This document shows positions 1 through 7,855 of a DNA stretch of 64,000 bases, piece after piece. The stretch lies in sequence record LC819006.1; one strand, given 5' to 3'. The position numbers and the translations under genes are program-made. How positions within the stretch are numbered: the first letter of the stretch is position 1; each line of letters starts with the position of its first letter. Below the pieces are notes generated by a model. That model ran no database searches. It was not told the DNA's origin and saw nothing but the letters and a program-made list of their open reading frames with translations.

Positions 1-1136
1 GCGCCTTGGAACGCGCCCAGCAACGTCGATGCTGCGTTGTTGAACAGCGTCGTGTTCGGGCCGATCATTGCCGAGTCCGTCGTGAACTGGAGGTCCATAC
101 GACGGGTTTGGCCTTGCAGGGCTTCCGTGAACTGGTTCAGCGGGCTGTTCGACGTGTCGAAACGGACCACTTCCTTCTTGCTGCCGTCGGCGTTCGAGAA
201 CACGACGTACACGCCCTTCAGGACGGCACCCGGGTCCAGCGCATCGGTCTGGTCCAGCACGCCCTTCGCGAGTTGCGTGTCGGTCAGAGCCAGGCGGAAC
301 AGCGACGTGCGGTAGTTCGTCTTCAGCGGAGCCGTCTGGATCGCTTCGCCTTCGTCGGTCGTTGCCGCGTACGGTGCGACCAGCGCCGGATCGACGAACG
401 CATCTGCCGTCTGAGCGCGCACGACCGGGATGATCTTCAGCGTGTCGTTCTTCAGGATCGTCGCGTCGATTTCAGCGTTGACGATGTTGCGACGGTTGTA
501 GTCGGTCAGACGCTTTTCGAGTTCGTAGCGAACTTGATCGTACACGGAAATCAGCGGGATTTCCATTTCGATCGCGTACTGGTCCGGCGACAGGTTCACC
601 GTCTTGTAGAACATTTCGCCGAAGCGGTTCTGCGTTGCGGTCGCGAGCGCGAAAGCTGCCGTGAAGTTCAGCGTTTCGTCGTTCGGCTTCGTGTCATACG
701 CTTCCATCGAGCGCTGACCGAGCTTGGCCGGATCCAGGCCGCTGTTGTCGGGAATGAACACTTCGAAAGCGTTCGAACCCTTCATGCCCTTCATCGCCAC
801 GCGGCGCGCGAGCGAATCCTTCGGGGCCATGGCCGACGCCAGAGCGAACGACACAGCTTCTTGTTGCTGCGGGGTAACCTTCACGCCGAGCTTGGCGCCG
901 TCCATCTTGAAGAACGATTCGACGCTGGCTTGCACGTCGCCGAGCATCTTGAACGCGGCTTGTTCGATGTCAGCCGAGAACGACTCGTTCGAGACGAGTG
1001 CTTTGCCGATTGCGGGGTCGTTGCGGAGCGAGCCTTCACGGCTCAGGTGTTCGACCATCTTGAACGCAGCACCAGCAACATTGACATGTTCCTGGTCCGC
1101 GCGCTTGGCGAACTTCGAAGTGGTCACGAAAGACAT
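1..1136 (-). CDS. Major capsid protein, phiKZ gp120-like (partial, runs off left edge)
   Basis: Manually translated open frame MSFVTTSKFAKRADQEHVNVAG... from ATG 1136 with GAGG SD. Strongly biased codons. Prohead-protease-type S-x-E sites (SNE/SF, SME/AY). Lies two genes from DnaB, as in phiKZ. Missing from the ORF track because there is no stop in the window. Confidence 0.8.
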   Translation of the reverse strand, partial: MSFVTTSKFAKRADQEHVNVAGAAFKMVEHLSREGSLRNDPAIGKALVSNESFSADIEQAAFKMLGDVQASVESFFKMDGAKLGVKVTPQQQEAVSFALASAMAPKDSLARRVAMKGMKGSNAFEVFIPDNSGLDPAKLGQRSMEAYDTKPNDETLNFTAAFALATATQNRFGEMFYKTVNLSPDQYAIEMEIPLISVYDQVRYELEKRLTDYNRRNIVNAEIDATILKNDTLKIIPVVRAQTADAFVDPALVAPYAATTDEGEAIQTAPLKTNYRTSLFRLALTDTQLAKGVLDQTDALDPGAVLKGVYVVFSNADGSKKEVVRFDTSNSPLNQFTEALQGQTRRMDLQFTTDSAMIGPNTTLFNNAASTLLGAFQG

Positions 1137-1245
1137 GTTGTATTACCTCTTATTCCTAGGAAAAAGGTTTTCTGGGAAAACGAAAACTACGATTCTGTAC
1201 AAAACCGGTTTTGGCAGTGATTACCACCAAACTATTGAGACTGTT

Positions 1246-1887
1246 TTATTTCAAGAGATCCAGTTCGGTGAGATACCATTCGAACCAGTTCGTCTTATGT
1301 ACCACGTTCAGGTCGTAGTACTGCTGCAGCTTTTCGACCACGGACCGCAGGATCGACAGGCGCAGCTCTTCTTTGCGGTTGAAAATCACCGGCGACAGAA
1401 TTCCCTGATTGAGGGCCACAACAATCAGTTTGCTCGATGCCGAATAAACGCTATAAGATTGATGAAGATCAACCTTGTTAGCCGCCTCTTGCTTGAGGTG
1501 ATCCAGAACATACTGGTTCACCAGCTTGAGGCTGTATTCTTTTTTGTCTGCGAGTTCCGAGATCTGGTTCCTCGCATATTTATCTGCTTCAGTTCCGTTG
1601 ACGGACTGCCCGGCTTCTTCCGGGAAGAACCACAGGTAACCGAGACTCTTCGTGTACTTCTGGCGACGGTCCGACACATGCGGGATCGTACCATTAGTCC
1701 AGAAAATGGAAAGGCCGTCACCGGAGAATGCGTCCAGTGCCACCAGCTGCTCCTGAGTGAACCATTGGCGCATCAGGGAGAAGTTGAGGACATCCTCGAT
1801 CTTGCCTTTCTTGGCAAGCTGCCGGTAAGCCCAGTCCGGAATCACCACGACCTGGTCACCAGGATTCACGTTCATGAACAAACTCAT
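1246..1887 (-). CDS. Conserved hypothetical protein (position of phiKZ gp119)
   Basis: 213-aa ORF between capsid and helicase. Identity rests on synteny only. Confidence 0.6.
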   Translation of the reverse strand: MSLFMNVNPGDQVVVIPDWAYRQLAKKGKIEDVLNFSLMRQWFTQEQLVALDAFSGDGLSIFWTNGTIPHVSDRRQKYTKSLGYLWFFPEEAGQSVNGTEADKYARNQISELADKKEYSLKLVNQYVLDHLKQEAANKVDLHQSYSVYSASSKLIVVALNQGILSPVIFNRKEELRLSILRSVVEKLQQYYDLNVVHKTNWFEWYLTELDLLK

Positions 1888-1986
1888 GCTCTTCGCCTTT
1901 ATCCGGTATGAAAATAAAATAAAAAACTTGCCCGTTCTTATTTGAACGCTGCAACAGAAATCCTACCAATCCAGCAGGTCTAGACA

Positions 1987-3510
1987 ATGACCCCAAGACT
2001 TCTTCTTCTCAAGATCATCACGCTCCTGCACCTCGAATCACAGATCGAAGGTGAGAATGCACGATCGTCTGACTTGGCTACCAGCCTGCTCGCCACCGTC
2101 AAAATTCCTGAGGCCGACGTGGGCCTCATAGACAGTGAACGAGAGATTATTGGCTCGCTCTACAACATATGTCGCAAACTCGCCACCGCTACGCCGGGCG
2201 ACGAGATGGACAAATCAGACCTCCTTCAGGAAGTCCGGTTGCATTGCGGCAGTGAAATCGATCTGTTCGAATCCTTCAAAGAAGGGATCGCGATTGAACT
2301 ATCACAAGATGGTCTCAAAAAGCGTGTTGGCTTCATCCGTAAAGAGCTCAAATCGTATCTACATTACGAGGGTACGAAAAAGCGCATCATGGATGCTGCC
2401 CATGCACTGCGTTTCAAGGAGAATTCGATTGAAGATATGGACAAGTATCTTCGCGACTTCTCAACTGACATTGAATCATCGCTCAGTAAATCCAGCAAGC
2501 AGGACGAAGCTATTCTCGGCACAATCGACATGGCAGATAAAGAGTCGGTTGTGAAAGCTGCATGTTCCGTGTCAGATGAGCAATCGGGTGCCGGTAAGCT
2601 CAAGACGCATTTGCAAGATCTGAATGACATGATGAATGGCGGCATGCGCCGCGGTGAATTCGTCTGTACTTCGGCTCTTCCGCACAACAACAAGACCGGC
2701 TTTTCGTTGGACATCTTCGCTGGTGTCGCAATCAACAACGATCCGTATCTGATTGATCCGAAGAAGAAGCCTTTGCTTCTGCGCATCTCGTTCGAAGATG
2801 ACGTCGAAATGAACTTCAACCACCTCTACAAGCACTTCTGGGAACAGGAGCATGGCGAGGTGGCAGTGATGGTCGGTAAATCCGAAGAGGAAATCGCCCA
2901 GTACGTCATGGACAAGATGACGGCACGTGGCTGGCATGTTCGCATGTACAAGGTCGATCCTTCGATGTGGTCGATCTTCGATCTGTTTGCATTCGTGCGT
3001 GATCTGGAATCGCAGGGTTATGAAATTGCTCTGTGTATGCTGGACTACATGCGTAAGATGCCGACTACGGGTTGCGTACAGGGCATTGCAGGCGCTGACG
3101 TCAGAGACATGGCTCGTCGTTGCCGTAACTTCTTCAATGCCCGTAAAACGGCGTTTTACACGCCGCACCAGATCTCGACTCAGGCTAAGGAAATCCAACG
3201 TTCGGTGCCTAAGGACTTTGTCAAGATGCTGCCGGGTGGCGGTTACTACGACGGCTGTAAATCGCTGGATGCAGAAATCGATCTGGAAATCTTCCAGCAT
3301 ATCGAGAAGCACAATGGTCATTCGTATCTGACCTTGCAGCGAGGCAAGCATCGTAATGCTCCGGTGCTGGCAGAAGAACTGAAGTATCTGGTTTACCAAT
3401 TCTACGACATCGGCGGCATTCCTCCTGACATTGGCGGAGAGCGTTCCGGTTTGCGTAAGGTTGGTGGCAAGCGTGCTTCGGAAGCTGAAACCGATTTCGA
3501 TTGGCTGTAA
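1987..3510 (+). CDS. dnaB: DnaB-like replicative helicase (phiKZ gp118-like)
   Basis: GGMRRGEF followed by degenerate Walker A ALPHNNKTG, Walker B MLDY, HQIS motif and C-terminal QRGKHR. Confidence 0.9.
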   Translation: MTPRLLLLKIITLLHLESQIEGENARSSDLATSLLATVKIPEADVGLIDSEREIIGSLYNICRKLATATPGDEMDKSDLLQEVRLHCGSEIDLFESFKEGIAIELSQDGLKKRVGFIRKELKSYLHYEGTKKRIMDAAHALRFKENSIEDMDKYLRDFSTDIESSLSKSSKQDEAILGTIDMADKESVVKAACSVSDEQSGAGKLKTHLQDLNDMMNGGMRRGEFVCTSALPHNNKTGFSLDIFAGVAINNDPYLIDPKKKPLLLRISFEDDVEMNFNHLYKHFWEQEHGEVAVMVGKSEEEIAQYVMDKMTARGWHVRMYKVDPSMWSIFDLFAFVRDLESQGYEIALCMLDYMRKMPTTGCVQGIAGADVRDMARRCRNFFNARKTAFYTPHQISTQAKEIQRSVPKDFVKMLPGGGYYDGCKSLDAEIDLEIFQHIEKHNGHSYLTLQRGKHRNAPVLAEELKYLVYQFYDIGGIPPDIGGERSGLRKVGGKRASEAETDFDWL

Positions 3511-3514
3511 AAGC

Positions 3515-3555
3515 AAAAAAAAAATAAGAGTCCCTACTCCCGCAAGGGAGTAGGG
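3515..3555. terminator. Bidirectional-type hairpin between convergent dnaB and NUMOD genes
   Basis: CCCTACTCCC-GCAA-GGGAGTAGGG with flanking A-tract. Confidence 0.75.
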
Positions 3556-3565
3556 TGCTCTGACT

Positions 3566-4078
3566 TTATGTTGACTCTCTCTTGTCAACATAAAAATAAC
3601 CCTTAAACTTTTCACTACTACTGTTAATTCGAAACTTAATTGTAGCTCTATTTATTCCAGTAGCTTCACTGGCTTTAGCAAACGACGGATAGACGACACC
3701 ATCGATTGAAACCGGTTTGCTATTTTTTTCGATGGATTTTTCATGAGCTTTTAGCAGTCCCTGTTTCTGCTCTTCTGTTTGAACTCTTGAAGAATGCACG
3801 GTTTTCATTCTCGCCTTGGTTTCTTCAGAATGGCGGAAATTGCGACGAAATTCAGCCATTTTTTCTCTAGTCGCATCTGAAACTTTTCGACCAATCAAAC
3901 TCGCCATCAGTTTACTTTTCTGATTAGAGTTAATTTTCCGTCCAAGGCCAGCGCGACCAATATTAATCTTTCGCGTATCTTCTACAATTTTTGCATCTAA
4001 AGATTTCTGCCAGGATTGGGTAATTTGATCAATTGTCTCATTGATTTCATCTATCGATAGCGGCTTTCCGTGATTCAT
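3566..4078 (-). CDS. NUMOD3/NUMOD1 DNA-binding protein, homing-endonuclease-derived, no visible nuclease domain
   Basis: HSEETKARM (NUMOD3) and KPVSIDGVVYPSFAKASEATGIN (NUMOD1-like). AT-rich. GAGG SD before ATG 4078. Confidence 0.7.
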   Translation of the reverse strand: MNHGKPLSIDEINETIDQITQSWQKSLDAKIVEDTRKINIGRAGLGRKINSNQKSKLMASLIGRKVSDATREKMAEFRRNFRHSEETKARMKTVHSSRVQTEEQKQGLLKAHEKSIEKNSKPVSIDGVVYPSFAKASEATGINRATIKFRINSSSEKFKGYFYVDKREST

Positions 4079-4144
4079 TTTGTCCTCGCAAATCAAAGAC
4101 AGATCTAACAAACCCTCTCCGAAGAAAGAGTTTGTAAAACTGTC

Positions 4145-4996
4145 TTAGTTCAAATGGGTTTCCCAGTAATCGGGATAGTCGCTGGGATGATTGATCATTT
4201 CAGCAGCAAGCTCCTTGATCGCACGCATACTGACCGAACCCAATCGATCCCAGTTATGATCCAGCCAATGCAACAGTTCCTGCTTTTGCGCCTTCGTCAG
4301 ATCGAAGATCTTGTTCTTCATTGTCACTGATGCAGTCCAGCCCCAGCTGACATCGCGATCGTACTTGAATTCCGTGTAAACAACGCGATCGCGTATTGCT
4401 GATTCGTCGATCTTGCGGGCACCCTTAGGAGCCGGATTGGACGGAGCAAGAGACTGGTTGCTGGTGATAATGAAGTTAATGTTGTCGGTCGGAATCTGGA
4501 TACCAACACCGTCCGCCGTCTGGAAAGCGCGCAGTGCTTCTGCAACGCGTTGCTCGTGGACCGATTCGCTCTTTTCATAAAGCTGAATCATCGCCGTCAT
4601 GTTCTTGTTCCATGCGAACATATTGCGATCTTCATCTAGAGCACCCTTCATGACCGACAGACTGGTACGATCAGCAAAAACCGAATCACAGTCATCGATC
4701 CAAACGTAGGTTTTCTTCCCACGAGAATTATGAACAGCCAAAGCTAGAGCGATAGCGATGGCATTCATGCTGGCCACGCCGATGATTTCGATCAGAGGAA
4801 TACGATGTTTCTTTGCCGTGTTCCGAACAGTCACGGACTTACCGATACCTGCGGGACCGACGATGTAGTGGTGTCGTTTCGGAACGATAAGGGCATCCGA
4901 CTTGTCGAAAGCCGCTGTGACTTTACCAACGAGTTGATTGGTCAGGATTTCGCCGCGCTCGATGTTTTGTTTTTGTTTGAGGGTAAACGGTTGCAT
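4145..4996 (-). CDS. AAA+ family ATPase
   Basis: Walker A GPAGIGKS, Walker B VWIDDCD, sensor-1 ITSN, putative Arg finger AIRDR. Confidence 0.85.
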   Translation of the reverse strand: MQPFTLKQKQNIERGEILTNQLVGKVTAAFDKSDALIVPKRHHYIVGPAGIGKSVTVRNTAKKHRIPLIEIIGVASMNAIAIALALAVHNSRGKKTYVWIDDCDSVFADRTSLSVMKGALDEDRNMFAWNKNMTAMIQLYEKSESVHEQRVAEALRAFQTADGVGIQIPTDNINFIITSNQSLAPSNPAPKGARKIDESAIRDRVVYTEFKYDRDVSWGWTASVTMKNKIFDLTKAQKQELLHWLDHNWDRLGSVSMRAIKELAAEMINHPSDYPDYWETHLN

Positions 4997-5023
4997 CTTC
5001 TACTCCATTTTAAAAAGATTAAA

Positions 5024-5055
5024 CACAGACAGATGCCCGAAGGCATCTGTCTGTG
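5024..5055 (-). terminator. Hairpin (UUCG loop on - strand), copy 1 of an identical 26-bp core
   Basis: CACAGACAGATGCC-CGAA-GGCATCTGTCTGTG. Confidence 0.7.
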
Positions 5056-5064
5056 ATCAAGAGG

Positions 5065-5250
5065 TTATGCGCCTTTAACTTGCTTCTCTTGAATCAAGCG
5101 AACCATCCGCTTGTAGACTTCGACGAAGGTAAAACGATATCCTGCTTTAGCCAGAGCGTTTTCAACGTCTTCGGCCGGAGTTAGAATACCGTTCTTGTCC
5201 ATCGTGTCGAGAATGATCTTCTCGATCTTATCTTCTTCACTCAGAAGCAT
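5065..5250 (-). CDS. Small winged-helix-like protein (wH1)
   Basis: Three-helix pattern EKIILDTM / AEDVENAL / FVEVYKRMVRLIQEKQV. Confidence 0.55.
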   Translation of the reverse strand: MLLSEEDKIEKIILDTMDKNGILTPAEDVENALAKAGYRFTFVEVYKRMVRLIQEKQVKGA

Positions 5251-5638
5251 CTTTCACCTCAGCAGAAGCCGATACAACCGGTTCAGGCGGCGTCAGATAC
5301 TCGCTGATCAGTTCCATCATCGAATCCGTCAGCACGTAGCCCTTCTTGGTCGGATGGGCCACGCCGTCGACATGCAGATCCACCAGCAAGTTGCTGATAT
5401 TCATCTGCGGCATGAAGACGTTTGCTTCACGCATCTTCTTGAGCAGCAGGTTTTCGTTGATGGGTTTGTTTTCGCCGAGATACAACGTACGGACGATGAA
5501 ACCCGAAGCCGTGATGTTCGCATGGCCGCCGTAACCTTCGATGGTCTTGGTTTCGACGGATTCCTTGCTACGAAAGCACGCCGCCGCCATCGACTGGATC
5601 CGTCGGAAGCCCTTGCCGTTTCGATCGATTTTTAGCAT
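5237..5638 (-). CDS. Winged-helix-like protein (wH2)
   Basis: NISNLLVDLHVDGV...GYVLTDSMMELI. GAGG SD before ATG 5638. Confidence 0.6.
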   Translation of the reverse strand: MLKIDRNGKGFRRIQSMAAACFRSKESVETKTIEGYGGHANITASGFIVRTLYLGENKPINENLLLKKMREANVFMPQMNISNLLVDLHVDGVAHPTKKGYVLTDSMMELISEYLTPPEPVVSASAEVKDASE

Positions 5639-5966
5639 TTTTAATTGATACCTCAAAAATAAGTTCTCTCATGTCCTGCGTCAGCTTGAACATGTTTCCC
5701 GGAAGGGAGTGTACTGCGCCACGGTCTTTCAGAAACCGAAACGCCTTTTTGACATTATAGTCGGTGGCGCTGGTAATCTTTGCATGCCTCAGGTCAACTG
5801 CTACCTGAATGAAGTTATAGGGCTGGTCAGGAAAAACCAGTAAGCGTTTTAAAACCAGGACGTTTAGTCCGCCCTGAAAGCCTGATACCATTGTTGCTTG
5901 TTGGGCTAACTCACGCATCTGCGCGTCTGCTTTATTGAGCTTAGGTTGTTCTTTCAGGGCCGACAT
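5568..5966 (-). CDS. Winged-helix-like protein (wH3)
   Basis: NVKKAFRFLKDRGAV...MFKLTQDMRELI. Confidence 0.6.
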   Translation of the reverse strand: MSALKEQPKLNKADAQMRELAQQATMVSGFQGGLNVLVLKRLLVFPDQPYNFIQVAVDLRHAKITSATDYNVKKAFRFLKDRGAVHSLPGNMFKLTQDMRELIFEVSIKNAKNRSKRQGLPTDPVDGGGVLS

Positions 5967-5975
5967 CAGTCGCTC

Positions 5976-6305
5976 CTAGTGTTTAGTCATCGCCTGAGAA
6001 AGAATCAGGTCGAAGATCGACGTCATCTCCGGATGGAGGCGATACGCCACGTTCGGAAACGAAGTCTTGGTTGCGAGAATGCCCTTCTGCAGCAAATCCG
6101 TACATGCGTCACGCAGCATGTCGGTGATGTGGATACTGTCGCATCCATAGATAGCGAATGCCATGTCTTGAAGCGACTTGGATTCGCCATCCTTATCCTT
6201 CAGGTAGAACACTACCTTGTGCTGGGTATCCCAGTTGTCTTGCGGCTTTGCTGCAATGATGACGGCTTCTGCCATCTGGCGACGCCACATTTGTTGTGCT
6301 GACAT
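5976..6305 (-). CDS. Winged-helix-like protein (wH4)
   Basis: LRDACTDLLQKGIL...AYRLHPEMTSIF. GAGG SD. Confidence 0.6.
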   Translation of the reverse strand: MSAQQMWRRQMAEAVIIAAKPQDNWDTQHKVVFYLKDKDGESKSLQDMAFAIYGCDSIHITDMLRDACTDLLQKGILATKTSFPNVAYRLHPEMTSIFDLILSQAMTKH

Positions 6306-6314
6306 TTTGTCCTC

Positions 6315-6863
6315 TTATTCAAAAGCCTTCTGTTGTTTGAGGATGGCGTAAAGATCGATAGCTTCCTGTTTAGTAAGCTTCGACCTGCCTACATGGATGT
6401 GTTCGAGGTTTTGTTGTGTCTCGAACAACCACAAAACATTCTTGTAAAACTGATACAGGTCGCCGATCTTGACGTTGTTGCCTTTGACCTTGATATTGAC
6501 ATCGAGTAGGAATTGCTTACCCTTCTCACCCGTGTAGCTCGACATCAAGCTCACGAAATCAAGCGTCAGCGAATACAGCGTTGGACGATCGCCGATAATC
6601 GTACCCATCGGTTGCCAGCCTTTCAGAACCCCAGCATCGAGCAGGTCCTGCAAAGCAGTCTCGACTTCGGTCGTCGAGTACTTACCAAATGCCGTAAGAC
6701 GATGGATGATTTCTTTACCATCATGTCCTTCCGGATGGCGGCTTTGTTCCGACAACAGCTGAACGATACATTCTTCAGCCGACAGATCGCTACCATACTT
6801 GATCGATGCACATGCAACAGCAACCAGCTTCTTGATGATTGCGTTGTTTTTATCGAGTTTCAT
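6315..6863 (-). CDS. Winged-helix-like protein (wH5, PadR-like pattern) with C-terminal extension
   Basis: EVETALQDLLDAGVL...PTLYSLT. GGAG SD before ATG 6863. Confidence 0.62.
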   Translation of the reverse strand: MKLDKNNAIIKKLVAVACASIKYGSDLSAEECIVQLLSEQSRHPEGHDGKEIIHRLTAFGKYSTTEVETALQDLLDAGVLKGWQPMGTIIGDRPTLYSLTLDFVSLMSSYTGEKGKQFLLDVNIKVKGNNVKIGDLYQFYKNVLWLFETQQNLEHIHVGRSKLTKQEAIDLYAILKQQKAFE

Positions 6864-6912
6864 TTTAGCTCCGTGAAAGGAATTGTAAAGTTTACTACAG
6901 GGATTCACGGCA

Positions 6913-6929
6913 GTTATATATGTCTGAAA
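6913..6929 (-). promoter_or_regulatory. Early (virion RNAP-type) promoter TTTCAGA-CATATATAAC
   Basis: One of six intergenic copies of a 17-nt motif resembling the phiKZ early TATTAC element. Confidence 0.65.
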
Positions 6930-6942
6930 TAAAATGCATACT

Positions 6943-6972
6943 CATACACACTGGCTTGCGCCAGTGTGTATG
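6943..6972 (-). terminator. Hairpin (GCAA loop on - strand)
   Basis: CATACACACTGGC-TTGC-GCCAGTGTGTATG. Confidence 0.7.
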
Positions 6973-6980
6973 ATGAGCGC

Positions 6981-7301
6981 TTATGCTGCGATTTTAAAAT
7001 TGCAAATACGGTCGATCTCCAGCCTTGTCCGCAAACGCAGACGCGACTCCTTATGCAGGCGTACGTGATTGATGGAGAAGATACGACGTTCAACCTTGTA
7101 TCCCTCCGGAGTCACGAAACGACTCTTCAGGTAACCCCGTTTTTCAAGAAGCTCCAACGCCTCCATCAGACCGTCAGCAGACAACTTACCTTCTGCATCA
7201 CGGACAATATCGGACGAAGTCTTCTCGACCCCATAAGGCGCTTTAAGAAGATCAAGAATCTGTTCTTCCAGCGCTGTTAGTTTTTGTTGGTCCAGTTCCA
7301 T
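6981..7301 (-). CDS. Winged-helix-like protein (wH6, PadR/MarR-like pattern)
   Basis: LEEQILDLLK...GLMEALELLEKRGYLKSR...RRIFSI. Confidence 0.68.
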   Translation of the reverse strand: MELDQQKLTALEEQILDLLKAPYGVEKTSSDIVRDAEGKLSADGLMEALELLEKRGYLKSRFVTPEGYKVERRIFSINHVRLHKESRLRLRTRLEIDRICNFKIAA

Positions 7302-7330
7302 TTTCTAAGGTCTCGTAGAAGTTCTTGTTA

Positions 7331-7507
7331 TTAGACCCGTGCGGTGTTGTTCATGGACTTCTGGTCACCGTGCCTGTTGCGGCTCGTAAGACCATTGGGA
7401 TGAACATCCGATTTCTCGGTTTGTTTGATGTCCTGCCTGATTGCAGGGCTGAGTGGATTCTCGGCTTTAAAGCCGCCCCACTTTGTGGTGCCGTTTCCTG
7501 GTGACAT
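7331..7507 (-). CDS. Small hypothetical protein (58 aa)
   Basis: Manual translation MSPGNGTTKWGGF...NNTARV*. AAGGA SD. Below the ORF-track cutoff. Confidence 0.5.
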   Translation of the reverse strand: MSPGNGTTKWGGFKAENPLSPAIRQDIKQTEKSDVHPNGLTSRNRHGDQKSMNNTARV

Positions 7508-7600
7508 TTTTATTACCCGTCCTTACTGGTGAAAAACCACAGGATCAGCGAAAAAAATAATAGTCCGCCCCGTTAAGAGCGGACCCTCCATTAGCGTAGA

Positions 7601-7768
7601 TTAACTACGCTTCTTAGCTGCCCGGCTTTTGCTGATGTGGGCTTCGATGCGCCTATCTTCTTCCATGAGTTTTCGGGCTTGTTCCTGAGTCATGTGATGC
7701 CGTTTCGCAATATCTTCATTGTGAGCGGCAGCTTGGAACAACTTTCTCTGACTAGGTGTGTACGGCAT
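7601..7768 (-). CDS. Small basic phage protein (55 aa)
   Basis: Manual translation MPYTPSQRKLFQAAAHNEDIAKRHHMTQEQARK...*. Strong GGAGG SD. Confidence 0.7.
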   Translation of the reverse strand: MPYTPSQRKLFQAAAHNEDIAKRHHMTQEQARKLMEEDRRIEAHISKSRAAKKRS

Positions 7769-7855
7769 TTTCAAACCTCCTCAACGGAAAAAATGCGACC
7801 GAACCCCGAAGGATCCAGTCGCCCAACTTACCGGGCTGAGGCTCCCGGTAATCCT

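Noticed and set aside
6-1911. Long + strand ORFs 6-1220 and 724-1911
   Set aside because: They are antisense shadows of the capsid and neighbouring genes, which have SDs and recognisable motifs.
5847-5854. Additional TTTTAAAA copy
   Set aside because: It lies mid-ORF with no nearby start, so it was not counted in the regulatory set.
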